From positions 124,001 to 188,000 of the IMG/VR virus record IMGVR_UViG_3300009537_002640: a DNA stretch of 64,000 bases. One strand, written 5' to 3'. Of the stretch, positions 30,201 through 38,253 are shown in pieces; position 1 is the first letter of the stretch, and the number at the start of each line of letters is the position of its first letter. The notes under the pieces were generated by a model that searched no databases, had not been told where the DNA came from, and saw only the letters and a program-made list of their open reading frames with translations. A program made the translations under genes and the position numbers.

Positions 30201-33200
30201 GCAGTTTGTCCTATAACCCCTAGTCCTGCACCAACACTTAGGTATCCATCTGTACTAACAGTTATATTACCACTAGATTCAGATATTCTTAACCCCTCTA
30301 CCCCGCCAGCAATTAGGGATAGTTGGTCAGCACCAGCACGGCCAAGCCCAGTATCAAGATCTTGTTTATGCGGAGTGATTGTAGGAACGGTGCTTGTGGC
30401 CTCCACATGTCTTATAACAGGACCGCCCGATAATGCAGAAAGTAAACCAAGTCCGGTATTTATTCCGAAAGCCCATGTGCCACCAGATGTAAATCCAATC
30501 GTGTTTGTAGTAACATGATAAATACCAGTATCAGTATCAGAGGCAAAAGTAAATCCTGGTTCTGATACTGACCCCGGCGAGACGGTTATTTGTCCGGCTA
30601 CTTCCAAAAGCGTAGACGGAGATGTAGTTCCGATACCCAATCGATTATTTGTTCTGTCAAAGAATAAATCATTGTCCCCAGCTATTGAGTTGGCACTAGT
30701 AAAGAATGCTACATATCCATCAGCGCCTTCAGACGCTGTAATGCTGCCACTACCATACCCATCAAGAGCCTGTGTGATAACTTGTAGCGTTTCAGATAAG
30801 TCGTTATTTAATATTGCACCGCCGATGCTTAAATCACCGCCAACACTAGCATCATACAGGAGATTGATATCTGTAGTCCCATCCGCAACTGTTAAAAGAA
30901 GCGTGTCTGTACCACCACCATCACCATCAGTTGTCCAGAGTTCTAATTCGCTAGATGAAGAGTTATATATCCACCAATATCTTGTGATAAATCCAGCACC
31001 AACATTTTGTCCAATACCAAGTCTTCTATCATCATACGCAACCGAATTGCTAATAAAGGTTATGGTAGTGGCGTTAGCCTGAAAAGCAAGAGAATTATGG
31101 TGGTAAAATTGCATATTACCACCAGTGTCTTTTATATAGGTGTCTGCTGTTGTATCTAGATTAAGGATAAATCTAGCATTTTCTTGCATTTGTAAATTAC
31201 CATAGGCATCTATAGTTCCACCACCGCTGCCATCACCAGTAATGCGTAGTCCTTCCCAGCCACCAGCTATAAGTGAAAGTTGATCAGTAGCAGCAGCTCC
31301 AATACCGGTATTTGAATCTATCCACATTGGAAGAAGAGTTGGAACAGTACTGCTGGCATTTACTCTTGAAAGAGCTGGTTGGGAACTATTGGAAGAGCCT
31401 AAGTAACTGCCATTTGCAAGCCAGAGAGAAGTTCCAGCAATTGCTATTCTAAGATTATCATCGGATGTTTCATAAAAACCAGTATCTCCATCACCAAATG
31501 CTATTGTTGGCATAGAAGCATTATTTACAGATGGTACTATAAGCCTACTATTTCCATGTACTTGTAAATCACCATAAGCATCTACTGTTGCTCCAGCTAC
31601 ATCTAAGTCGCCAGTTATTCGTAAACCTTCATAGCCACCAACTATAAGAGATAATTGATCTTGAGTAGGAAACCCACCATGACCAATGCCAGTATTGCTA
31701 TCGAACCTTGATGGTAATAAGGTTGGTGTAGTTGGGCCTGCACCAGTATCAGGAAAACCTGCCGCAGTAGATGTAGACGGACCAGATTGCCCGTTTGATT
31801 GAAATACCCAGCGTCTATTTCCTGCCACTGCTACATCTAGTTCATCATCTACTCTTTCATAGAATCCAGTATCGCCATCACCAAAGGCGATGGTAGGCAT
31901 AGTGGCATCATTAATCTGTGAAACTATTAGGCGACCATTGCCTTGTACCTGCAAATCACCATAAGCGTCTATAGTTCCGCCACTATCACCATTTGGTGTC
32001 ACATACAATAGATAATTGTTAGCCGCAGCGAGCGCTAAACTCCCCAACCCAGTATTTACTATGCCTTCAGACTGATTATGTGTTAGTAACAAATATTCAT
32101 TAGGGTTAACACTAGTGTCATTATTGCTATGTATAATAACCGTAGGATCTGCAAAAGCTCCATGTCCATGATCGACAGCTGTATTTGCGTGAGTGGTGAA
32201 TATCATGCTTTTGGCAGTATCACCAAGTGCCCATACCATTGTTGGTTCTGTTTGCTGAGTAGACCAATCTATGAACACATCATCATCAGAACCAAATGTG
32301 AAATTAACATTATCTTGGGTTACTGGTCTAGCATAAAACCTAGAGATAGCATCAAAATGTACCTCACCATCGACTTCAAGTGCCCCACCTATAATAACAC
32401 TGCCACTTGTAAGACTATGACTAGAACTTGCGCTGGTTCCTAATTGAAGTGCAACAGCGCTATCTGTGATTAGATTGCCATTGAAATCCAGGTCGGTTGT
32501 TCCATCTGTCACTGATAGTAGAAGGGTATCTGTACCTCCGCCATCTCCATCAGTTGTCCATAGCTCAAATTGGGTTCCACCAGAATTATATTCGAACCAA
32601 TAAACCGGGGCTGCTGATACAATACCTACCCCTAGTGGCATATCATTTGATGTTTTTAAGCCAGTTGTAAATGTTGCTGAATTACCGCCAGCAGCTTGAA
32701 AAACATTAGCGCCATTATGTACAAATTGAAGGGTGGAGCCAGTAGAATGAATATAAGTATCAGAATCATCATTGGAATTAAGTATGAGTCGCTGATTATC
32801 TCTTAGACTAATATTACCATCGACAATTAGATTATCTTGTATTCCAACACTATTGTGAACAGCTAAATATCCATCAACTATTAAGTCACCATAAATATTG
32901 GTGACAATTGTGCCACTTTCTGTAATACGTATGCCTTCAACTCCACCCGCAATTAGAGATAAAATATCACCTGTAGTGGTATCTGCACCTAAACCGGTAT
33001 CATTATCTAAACTAAAGGCGTAAACAGGGCTAGTCGTTGATGCGGGCTGGTTTCGCATCTGGGGTCCGTTTGAAGTTGTTCCAGAAAATGCATTTCCTAC
33101 TATTTTGAATCGTGCGCCACCACCCGTAGCAAAACCAATCTGATCAGCTGAAAGATTAAATATACCAGTATTGGGATCAGATATAAATGCTATACCTGGT

Positions 33201-35731
33201 AACGATTGAGAGCCATCTGCCACTAATAATTGCCCAGGAACTCCTACTTCACCAGTATCAGTAATAGACAGATATTCATCAGCAGCTTGTCGTATTCGCA
33301 ATGTGCCTTGCGATGTAACGCCAAAGTTCCAATCTCGCAATTCCCCCACATCAGTTTCATCAGGATTGGTTCTGATATGAAGTGAGCCTGGGCCTAGAAA
33401 TATGTCTTTCCATCGTAAGTCTTCGGTGCCTAATCCGTAAGCATCGTCTTGCACAGGATTCACATAACCATCAACGAGATTTTCTACTGTATTAGATATT
33501 AGATATCCATCTACCTCTAGAACCCCAACTATAAGCCTACCCGTTACAAAAGCGTCACCAGAAACAGAAAGTTCATATTCAGGGTTATCGAAACCTATCC
33601 CTATACGACCATTATCTACATATAATGAGCCTTCTGCAACATGTAATCGTGTTGCAGGAGAAGAAGTTCCTAAGCCAAGGCGATTATTCATTCTATCCCA
33701 ATAGAAGTCATTATCACCAGCAAGAGCCCTGGTTCCAGTAAAAAATGCTACATAGCCGTCAGCACTTTCGGTGGCGGTAGTATATCCATCTAGGTCTTTG
33801 GTTATAGTTTGAAGAGATTCGGTTAGGGCGCTGTTTATTAGGTCTCCACCAACACTTAGGTCACCAGCTATATCAACAGAATTATCGAAAAACGATTGCC
33901 CGCTTACAGCTAAAACATAGGGGGAAATAGTAGCACCACCAATACCCACTCGTTGGAAGTTGTCTATTCTAACTGCCTCGCTGCCACTAGTTATTAGAGA
34001 TATTTGGTTGGTAGTGTTAGCACCTATACCAGTTGTGGGATTATTGCGTCTAGGCAATAGGGTGGGATTCGTGCTAGATGCAGCCTCATTTAGTATAGAA
34101 CCACCTGTTGTTGTGGAACTTTGTATATAGCCAGCACCTATTATCCAGCTTTCGGACCCAGCGAATGTTAAGCTTATAAGGTCATCTGATGATTCATGTA
34201 TTCCAGTGTCGCCATCACCAAACACTATCGTTGGCTCATTTACAGCGGTTCCGCCAGGCACCAATATTCTATGACCAATAACCAAATTATTATTGGCTCG
34301 ATCAAAGTATAAATCATTGTCTCCACCTATAGTACCGTCACCAGTGAAGAAAGCCACATAACCATCCGCCCCTGCTGATGAAGTTACATATCCATCTAGA
34401 CCTTTAACTATAGTTTGTAATGCATCAGAGTGTTGTGTGTAGTGCTCAGATTCAGTAGACACCAGTCCTTGTAAATCAGACGATAGGGCATAACCATCCA
34501 GGGCGTCACGGATTTCCTGGCGCTGTTGTGAGCTATCAACCCAACGCTGGTCTTCTACCGTCGATAAAGCATATCCATCTAAATCCTTAGTTATAGATTC
34601 AATTGCACCAGCATGTTGTTGATAATGCTCTTGTTCTGTTTGATAAATACCCTGTAAGCTAAATGCATATCCGTCAGACGCATCGCGCAAATCCTGCAAT
34701 TGTTGACTACTATCAGACCACCTTTGGTCCTCAATAGAAGTCAGTGCATACCCATCAAGGTCACTTAATATAGTTTGAATGGCGACTGAAACTTGAGTAT
34801 GGTGTTCTTGCTCTGTTTGACCATAGCCATCTAGGTCTTTAAGTATAGTTTGTATGGTCTCAGCAATTTGTTGCTTATGTTCTTCTACAGTTTGAGCCAA
34901 TCCAGTGTCCGAAGAGTATCCGTCCAAGTTGGATATAATTGTTTGAATTGCTTCTGAATGCTGAGAATAGTGTTCTTGTTCTGTAGTAACCAATCCTTGC
35001 AGATCAGTATCTAAAGCATAGCCATCTAGAGAGTCTCTAATCTCTTGTAATTGTTGTGATGAATCAATCCATCTTTGATCTTCCACCACAACAGACGCAT
35101 AACCGTCTAGATCTTTACGAATAGTCTGCACTACATCACTGTGTTGTAAATAATGCTCTAATTCTGTTTGCACTTGTCCCTGTAGGTCAGATGCCAGAGC
35201 ATAACCATCTAATGCTGTTCGTATATCTTGTAATTGTTGTGAGGAATCAATCCAACGTTGATTCTCTATGGTGAGAATTGCATAACCATCTAAATCAGAT
35301 AAAATGATTTGCAATGCTTGTGAAAATTGTGTGTAATGTTCGCTTACAGTTTGATCTGACGCATAACCATCCAAAGCTCCGGGAGGGATTTCTGCTGTGC
35401 CATAACCATCTAGGTCTTTAAGTATAGTTTGGATTGCGCTAGATAATTGAGAATAGTGTTCACTTTCAGTTTGGTCAGTAGCGTATCCGTCTAATGCACC
35501 GCCAAAGTCCACATTAGTTTGGGTAATATCCTTAATGGTTCTTATGCCAGTAGAATCTTTGAAGACAATATTTTTGTCTTCATCGACAGTAATGTATACC
35601 TCGTCGCTACCCAGTCCTAACAGTCCTGCTGGGTTGTCCGTACCAATACCAACATAGCCATCAAGCCTATAAATATCACCCTGACTATTTATGGCCCATC
35701 TGGTAATACCTATAGCAGGAATAGTAGCCAT
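24296..35731 (-). CDS. Giant mosaic tail fibre protein (3811 aa)
   Basis: Recurrent fibre modules ('GIGTxxP..LxVxG', 'PTIxFGDGDTGFYE', 'DTGIG..ADQLSLIAGG.EG.RI') and C-terminal 'PRLTTTERDAL...GMVIFNT....QGWDGTTW'. Confidence 0.75.
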   Translation of the reverse strand: MATIPAIGITRWAINSQGDIYRLDGYVGIGTDNPAGLLGLGSDEVYITVDEDKNIVFKDSTGIRTIKDITQTNVDFGGALDGYATDQTESEHYSQLSSAIQTILKDLDGYGTAEIPPGALDGYASDQTVSEHYTQFSQALQIILSDLDGYAILTIENQRWIDSSQQLQDIRTALDGYALASDLQGQVQTELEHYLQHSDVVQTIRKDLDGYASVVVEDQRWIDSSQQLQEIRDSLDGYALDTDLQGLVTTEQEHYSQHSEAIQTIISNLDGYSSDTGLAQTVEEHKQQIAETIQTILKDLDGYGQTEQEHHTQVSVAIQTILSDLDGYALTSIEDQRWSDSSQQLQDLRDASDGYAFSLQGIYQTEQEHYQQHAGAIESITKDLDGYALSTVEDQRWVDSSQQRQEIRDALDGYALSSDLQGLVSTESEHYTQHSDALQTIVKGLDGYVTSSAGADGYVAFFTGDGTIGGDNDLYFDRANNNLVIGHRILVPGGTAVNEPTIVFGDGDTGIHESSDDLISLTFAGSESWIIGAGYIQSSTTTGGSILNEAASSTNPTLLPRRNNPTTGIGANTTNQISLITSGSEAVRIDNFQRVGIGGATISPYVLAVSGQSFFDNSVDIAGDLSVGGDLINSALTESLQTITKDLDGYTTATESADGYVAFFTGTRALAGDNDFYWDRMNNRLGLGTSSPATRLHVAEGSLYVDNGRIGIGFDNPEYELSVSGDAFVTGRLIVGVLEVDGYLISNTVENLVDGYVNPVQDDAYGLGTEDLRWKDIFLGPGSLHIRTNPDETDVGELRDWNFGVTSQGTLRIRQAADEYLSITDTGEVGVPGQLLVADGSQSLPGIAFISDPNTGIFNLSADQIGFATGGGARFKIVGNAFSGTTSNGPQMRNQPASTTSPVYAFSLDNDTGLGADTTTGDILSLIAGGVEGIRITESGTIVTNIYGDLIVDGYLAVHNSVGIQDNLIVDGNISLRDNQRLILNSNDDSDTYIHSTGSTLQFVHNGANVFQAAGGNSATFTTGLKTSNDMPLGVGIVSAAPVYWFEYNSGGTQFELWTTDGDGGGTDTLLLSVTDGTTDLDFNGNLITDSAVALQLGTSASSSHSLTSGSVIIGGALEVDGEVHFDAISRFYARPVTQDNVNFTFGSDDDVFIDWSTQQTEPTMVWALGDTAKSMIFTTHANTAVDHGHGAFADPTVIIHSNNDTSVNPNEYLLLTHNQSEGIVNTGLGSLALAAANNYLLYVTPNGDSGGTIDAYGDLQVQGNGRLIVSQINDATMPTIAFGDGDTGFYERVDDELDVAVAGNRRWVFQSNGQSGPSTSTAAGFPDTGAGPTTPTLLPSRFDSNTGIGHGGFPTQDQLSLIVGGYEGLRITGDLDVAGATVDAYGDLQVHGNSRLIVPSVNNASMPTIAFGDGDTGFYETSDDNLRIAIAGTSLWLANGSYLGSSNSSQPALSRVNASSTVPTLLPMWIDSNTGIGAAATDQLSLIAGGWEGLRITGDGSGGGTIDAYGNLQMQENARFILNLDTTADTYIKDTGGNMQFYHHNSLAFQANATTITFISNSVAYDDRRLGIGQNVGAGFITRYWWIYNSSSSELELWTTDGDGGGTDTLLLTVADGTTDINLLYDASVGGDLSIGGAILNNDLSETLQVITQALDGYGSGSITASEGADGYVAFFTSANSIAGDNDLFFDRTNNRLGIGTTSPSTLLEVAGQITVSPGSVSEPGFTFASDTDTGIYHVTTNTIGFTSGGTWAFGINTGLGLLSALSGGPVIRHVEATSTVPTITPHKQDLDTGLGRAGADQLSLIAGGVEGLRISESSGNITVSTDGYLSVGAGLGVIGQTAISGTLTMGNSLDMGSNSIVNVDLLSFDSASTYNIDLDTTDFVFTFNGTEAWRMSGGSFSAFSVGAQLLNETSSSTNPTIIPRKGSFGNGIGGAAGEVAIIVGGGSKIAAYSAAVVISQDTTFSSAGTASLPAINFGDTDTGFYESSDDVLAVSTLGSIRGSWDAGQYTTYVSIQADLTSGPALLRENAAATNPTLVPNKSDSNTGIGSSGADQLSMIAGGVESIRVEDGYVTVNGDTSLVGDSTITGSVYAQQIVLPTLDEPTNPAITFSNGTGIYASGATLRFATNNQAAWSISNSSSIFSAADSGARIQSGFGSTSVVSYGFNNDGDTGMYRATINQLGFVTGGTEAIRITDTQRVGISTNAPDALLHVAGDGYFDGYLMPRTDDMWGLGTPDLRWRDLYLGTDSIHIISTDAETTTGRDYSWKIEKTPGTTQGFLRLYAGSTPVISISPDARRVGFGEDPTVALANHSITTTGAINTASDYRIGTSSVLLRNSGNYVQYGTADVNEELRFRSGGVVNMTLSTTGEVGIGTGSPEAKLHVAGDGYFDGYLMPHTDNMWGLGTPDLRWRDLYLGPESLHIVSTTAEGRPNRTFTWSVTEDGSLCLSDDGVPVAEFNSSTGASFPAGGGGGGGISATEGADGYIAFFTGSDSIAGDNDLFWDRPNNRLGIGTTAPLNKLDVAGGVVIGSGDAGVDTAPTDGLHVEGRLFAGGGGGVATPGYSFHTATGTGMGIPFGSTSLAFSVSGNLKWTIDSSDRWFSSSGVVASAGGSASTPGYSFATASDFDTGMFRAGADILGFAAGGVEAFRITESGGSTDVNFPTGGTASTPTINFGDGDTGFYAALDNVLSLATGGSKIFDFSSIGMENVNTGGPGILNEISSATNPTLVPRRNDTDTGIGSAAANQLSLVAGGVEGIRITESGSATTVTMGASYGGTPSALYDDLTVQGGSNVGITIGSSTTGFGALLFADADSTWSGNIIFDHSTNQLEIGTAGSTRAYVSSTGLHVNTGSRFFVPQINAPSTPTITFGDGDSGFYESADDTIQISLGGFARFTWSGVNYSSTVSGGPSMRGFDATATTPTFNPDALDSGTGIGTAGTSQLSLIANNIEGIRIDATGSPFINVNGDLNVAGAINNDDLSETFQVILQALDGYGGGGGLTAEEGADGYVAFFTSSGTLAGDNDLYFDRVNNNLQLNHRLIFPNTTGVEGFSSPTIGFGSSGNTGFNAFSDTVIGVSISGSNAWSFTSSEFGSAAGGGNLSASSPSDTNASVRTGSGINSGLGAGGSIYNLSAIVDGQEALRFTRNTEGDNSTVDAYGDVNIQGGGRLFVADGTSVLPSISFLSDTDTGIYRIGSNRLGFSTGSGVKAEVDSEGIVLWPDPGVVKALGTRDINIDAGGSVSLIGNSIEGLRITSGSGQPTIDAYGDLQVQGGSRLIVPSVNNEAIPTIAFGDGDTGFFELTDDAVYFSSVGTSRWWASFDDLAAAQSTRGWHMRNEISTATNPVYCFRFDLDTGVGSGAADAISLIAGGVEGLTITETGGATAVNIPGAGSETTPLLNLGDGDTGWWEASDDVLALSTAGSEVMRIDSLGFIAIGHTTTGIWDWSMRKTTVGSVVANIANLDSGSSSHARLDLATSGGDPYISLSGGDLWYVGLDRSLGGEFVIGDSSIPGGNIRMRIGPTGGDAGIAAAPAATWDVQQANDGAYTDIRVYNTNSTAGSDSVFLAEAQSAGGDPKLELSVSATQDWTVGIDNDDSEAFKIGSNATVGTNTHLTIDTSGNIGIGQAPVTGSKLSLPSENDAATPTISFGDGDTGFYETQDDTIGIAALGINAFFINASQISGATSGSGTVMNEAASATNPTLVPAWSDYDTGIGSAGANELSLITAGAEQVNIASDGYTTFSSGISVGGDSGIDGNLDVGNELTVGSVFLPPRLTTTERDALEPIEGMVIFNTSTKKHQGWDGTTWNDFY
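34360..35510 (-). repeat. Tandem coding repeats (about 25-35 aa) each ending in LDGY
   Basis: Alternating 'TExEHYxQHSxAIQTIxKDLDGY' and 'EDQRWxDSSQQLQExRxALDGY' units; about 14 units. Confidence 0.9.
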
Positions 35732-35745
35732 GTATATTAAGTCTC

Positions 35746-36258
35746 CTAATCAGTTTCCATTAATTCCTCTTTCTTGTCTTTACGGTCCTTTCCATCTATA
35801 TCGTGATAGTCTAATAAACCATCAACATAATCTTCAGCCTTTGCAGGAGACTCGTCGCGCTTTTTATAATCCACCTGAGACTGAAATGCTTCCATTTCTG
35901 TTTCTCTATCTAAATATTCTTTTTCCCCTTTATTAGGGTCAACATTGTCAGTGAATTGCTGAAGGAAGTGCACCAGTTCGTGCACCAGATAGTGAGTAGG
36001 ATCCTGTCCCTTTTCTACTAGCTTCTTATTAATGTAAATCTTCTTGTCTTTAGTTTTTGCTGATACATCTAAATCAGCAAATTCTACAGGCACATCATCT
36101 ATCTTGGATAGCGGGACATTATACTTGTCAAATTTTTCTTTAACCTCAGGATCAGATTTTATCTTATCTTTCATCTTCTGAACCAGCTTGGTCCAATCCG
36201 GTCCCGCCCTCTTCGAGATTCTGGTTATTGTCTGGTGTCTCTTCGACAGTTTGCGCAT
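35746..36258 (-). CDS. Zinc metallopeptidase-like protein (HExxH)
   Basis: 'KIYIN...YLVHELVHFLQ...EYLDRETEMEAF' gives HExxH plus a downstream Glu. The likely start is ATG 36258 (alternative GTG 36267). Confidence 0.65.
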   Translation of the reverse strand: MRKLSKRHQTITRISKRAGPDWTKLVQKMKDKIKSDPEVKEKFDKYNVPLSKIDDVPVEFADLDVSAKTKDKKIYINKKLVEKGQDPTHYLVHELVHFLQQFTDNVDPNKGEKEYLDRETEMEAFQSQVDYKKRDESPAKAEDYVDGLLDYHDIDGKDRKDKKEELMETD

Positions 36259-36427
36259 CTTTTTCACCCATCAAGTATAGTTGTCTGCTTTGCTCTAAGC
36301 TAGCTATTCGAGATTGGGCTGCCGCAACTGCTGTCTTTAATCCCAAAATCTCTAACTCTAATTCATCCATTGTTTCTGGTTGGCGATAACCTACATATTC
36401 TACAAAAACTTTCTCTGGCTTTCTCAT
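36164..36427 (-). CDS. Hypothetical coiled-coil protein
   Basis: 87 aa with GGAG RBS; its acidic tail overlaps the next gene by about 95 nt. Confidence 0.5.
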   Translation of the reverse strand: MRKPEKVFVEYVGYRQPETMDELELEILGLKTAVAAAQSRIASLEQSRQLYLMGEKDAQTVEETPDNNQNLEEGGTGLDQAGSEDER

Positions 36428-36437
36428 TACTTACTCC

Positions 36438-36902
36438 TTATTCGCCAAGAAAAAACTTGGCTAAAACTAGACCTAACGCCAATAAGCCCGGAACTATAGT
36501 TGCCACAAGCTTTAAGAACCCAAGAGTTTTTTCTCTCTTAAATTCAGCTTCGGTCTTCTTATCCTGATTTACTAGATTTTTTACACCACTAACTCTTTCG
36601 TGTAGTGATTTTTCCATCTCTTTATCGTCTTTAGTATGTTCCTCTAACTCTTTCTCCAAGTCAGATAGGTCTTTCTCCAATAATGCTAGTCGAGTGATAA
36701 TAGATTTTTCTCCATTACCATCTCTAACTACGTGAGACAAATACTGAACTTTTTCCTCTATGCCATCCAGCTTTCCTTTGAGCACAGCCATAGCTGTAGC
36801 ATTCTCTCGCAATTCTCCCAGCAACGTTTGCACTAATGACGTAGTGGCCTGTAAGCTTTTTGCAAGATCTTCAGCGAGCGCATTATTCTCCGAGGTGCTC
36901 AT
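36438..36902 (-). CDS. Coiled-coil protein with C-terminal transmembrane helix (holin/XhlA-like candidate)
   Basis: Long heptad region followed by 'FLKLVATIVPGLLALGLVLAKFF'. Confidence 0.5.
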   Translation of the reverse strand: MSTSENNALAEDLAKSLQATTSLVQTLLGELRENATAMAVLKGKLDGIEEKVQYLSHVVRDGNGEKSIITRLALLEKDLSDLEKELEEHTKDDKEMEKSLHERVSGVKNLVNQDKKTEAEFKREKTLGFLKLVATIVPGLLALGLVLAKFFLGE

Positions 36903-37077
36903 GTAATTCTCCAGCCCTCTTAGCCATTTCCTTACAGTGTTCCTTGTTCTCCTTTAGTTTGGAAAGGGTGCCGTTACCTAATTCATGGGTAAGCTCTTTA
37001 AGATACTCTATTAGTTCTGCCAAGGTCTTATCTTTGGTATTTTCGCTAAGTAGTTCATCAAGTGATTTGTTGCTCAT
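36883..37077 (-). CDS. Hypothetical protein (64 aa)
   Basis: Start reassigned to ATG 37077, which overlaps the upstream TAA (TAATG coupling). Confidence 0.5.
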   Translation of the reverse strand: MSNKSLDELLSENTKDKTLAELIEYLKELTHELGNGTLSKLKENKEHCKEMAKRAGELHEHLGE

Positions 37078-37310
37078 TATGCCTGTGCTCCTATTACGCC
37101 CCAATCACCCCCGCTAGCTGAAACATAAACGATAGACGTTGGTCCTATTTTGATACTGTATAATCCAGGCGGTACCGGCACAAAATTAACCCCATCTAAG
37201 CTAAAGGCAAATGTGACGCCGGAATCTACCCCAATATTAAGTTGTCCGATGGGACGGTCAAACTCAAGAGTAGCATCGGTTGTTCCTGAAAAAGATGTAT
37301 TGGCTGCCAT
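37077..37310 (-). CDS. Small beta-rich virion protein
   Basis: 77 aa, GGAG RBS, all-beta pattern. Confidence 0.5.
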   Translation of the reverse strand: MAANTSFSGTTDATLEFDRPIGQLNIGVDSGVTFAFSLDGVNFVPVPPGLYSIKIGPTSIVYVSASGGDWGVIGAQA

Positions 37311-37320
37311 TGGTTTCTCC

Positions 37321-38226
37321 TTAGATAATTTGCCGTTGTCTCAGATGGCGTAGTCTTAAGAAATTAGGACTCACGGCGGTAACCCTAAATGTTCCCAATC
37401 CTAATGGCCCAGGCTTCATATTTACCTTAATGAACTTAAGCTTTTCTCTGTAAGCCTGCATCTGGGTACTAAATTGACTATTAAGAAGTTCAGATACTTG
37501 CGGTGGTTGGTAACTCACCCCATTATCTGTAATAGTAAACTCGCGGCCCCGTTCAATAAGGGCTTGTGCTGCGAGTGCTAAAATTAACGCCCCCTGAATC
37601 AGTATGTCCATAAATTGGTTAACAAACATATCATCAGCGAACGTAAAATGTGTAAAGTGCGGGGTTTGGTTAAATTCAGACAGGCTGTTTATCAAAAAAC
37701 AGATAAGCTCGTTGTTGCTAAAAATAGGACAATCAACAAGCTCATATCCACCGGCTCCATCAGGAACCTTAACTTTGCCATCACTTTTTAATCTCTTTTT
37801 AAGAACAGCAAGAAGTTTGTTTATATTACACACTTCTGCCTTACTGAAAATGAAATCATATTCATCTCCTGGCTCGTGGTCAGGAGCATCTGCTTGTTCC
37901 ATAGAGCCAGAGGACAATACCAAAAACTCGAATTCATGTTCGACTTCTTCGTTGCCTATTAACGCAACCCACCTGTCTGCCCAGTAACCATCTGGCGCAG
38001 TTAGGGGAACTTCATACGAAAAATGATACAACCCTGGATCGTCGGCAAGAGATATGCCGATATTTGTAAGTGCCTGTCTAACTGTGCCAGTCGAATCTCG
38101 AATCTCAACCCTGGGAATATTGTCAGCATTAACTGGCTCGCCCAATTGGTTTAAGAATCTAACGTATAGGTCTACTACCTGCCCTCGTAATGCGATACGA
38201 CTGATAGGTTTGATATCCGTTGACAA
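37321..38226 (-). CDS. Head-tail connector/neck protein with N-terminal Ig-like domain
   Basis: TTG start with GGAGG RBS; Ig-like 'PGLYHFSYEVP...YWADRW', then helical 'FSNNELICFL..SLSEFN..P' and 'FTITDNGVSY' as in adaptor-type proteins. Confidence 0.55.
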   Translation of the reverse strand: MSTDIKPISRIALRGQVVDLYVRFLNQLGEPVNADNIPRVEIRDSTGTVRQALTNIGISLADDPGLYHFSYEVPLTAPDGYWADRWVALIGNEEVEHEFEFLVLSSGSMEQADAPDHEPGDEYDFIFSKAEVCNINKLLAVLKKRLKSDGKVKVPDGAGGYELVDCPIFSNNELICFLINSLSEFNQTPHFTHFTFADDMFVNQFMDILIQGALILALAAQALIERGREFTITDNGVSYQPPQVSELLNSQFSTQMQAYREKLKFIKVNMKPGPLGLGTFRVTAVSPNFLRLRHLRQRQII

Positions 38227-38253
38227 GAAAATCCTCCAGGATTAAAGTACTCA

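Noticed and set aside
34360-35510. Regularly spaced DNA repeats (e.g. ccatctag) resembling a CRISPR array
   Set aside because: They vary at synonymous positions, stay in frame within an ORF and encode LDGY; no cas genes are present.
36164-36267. Possible frameshift at GAAAAAG linking the 87-aa ORF to the HExxH gene
   Set aside because: The offset is +1 rather than -1, the heptamer is not in phase, and the downstream gene has its own ATG with a GGTGA SD-like sequence.
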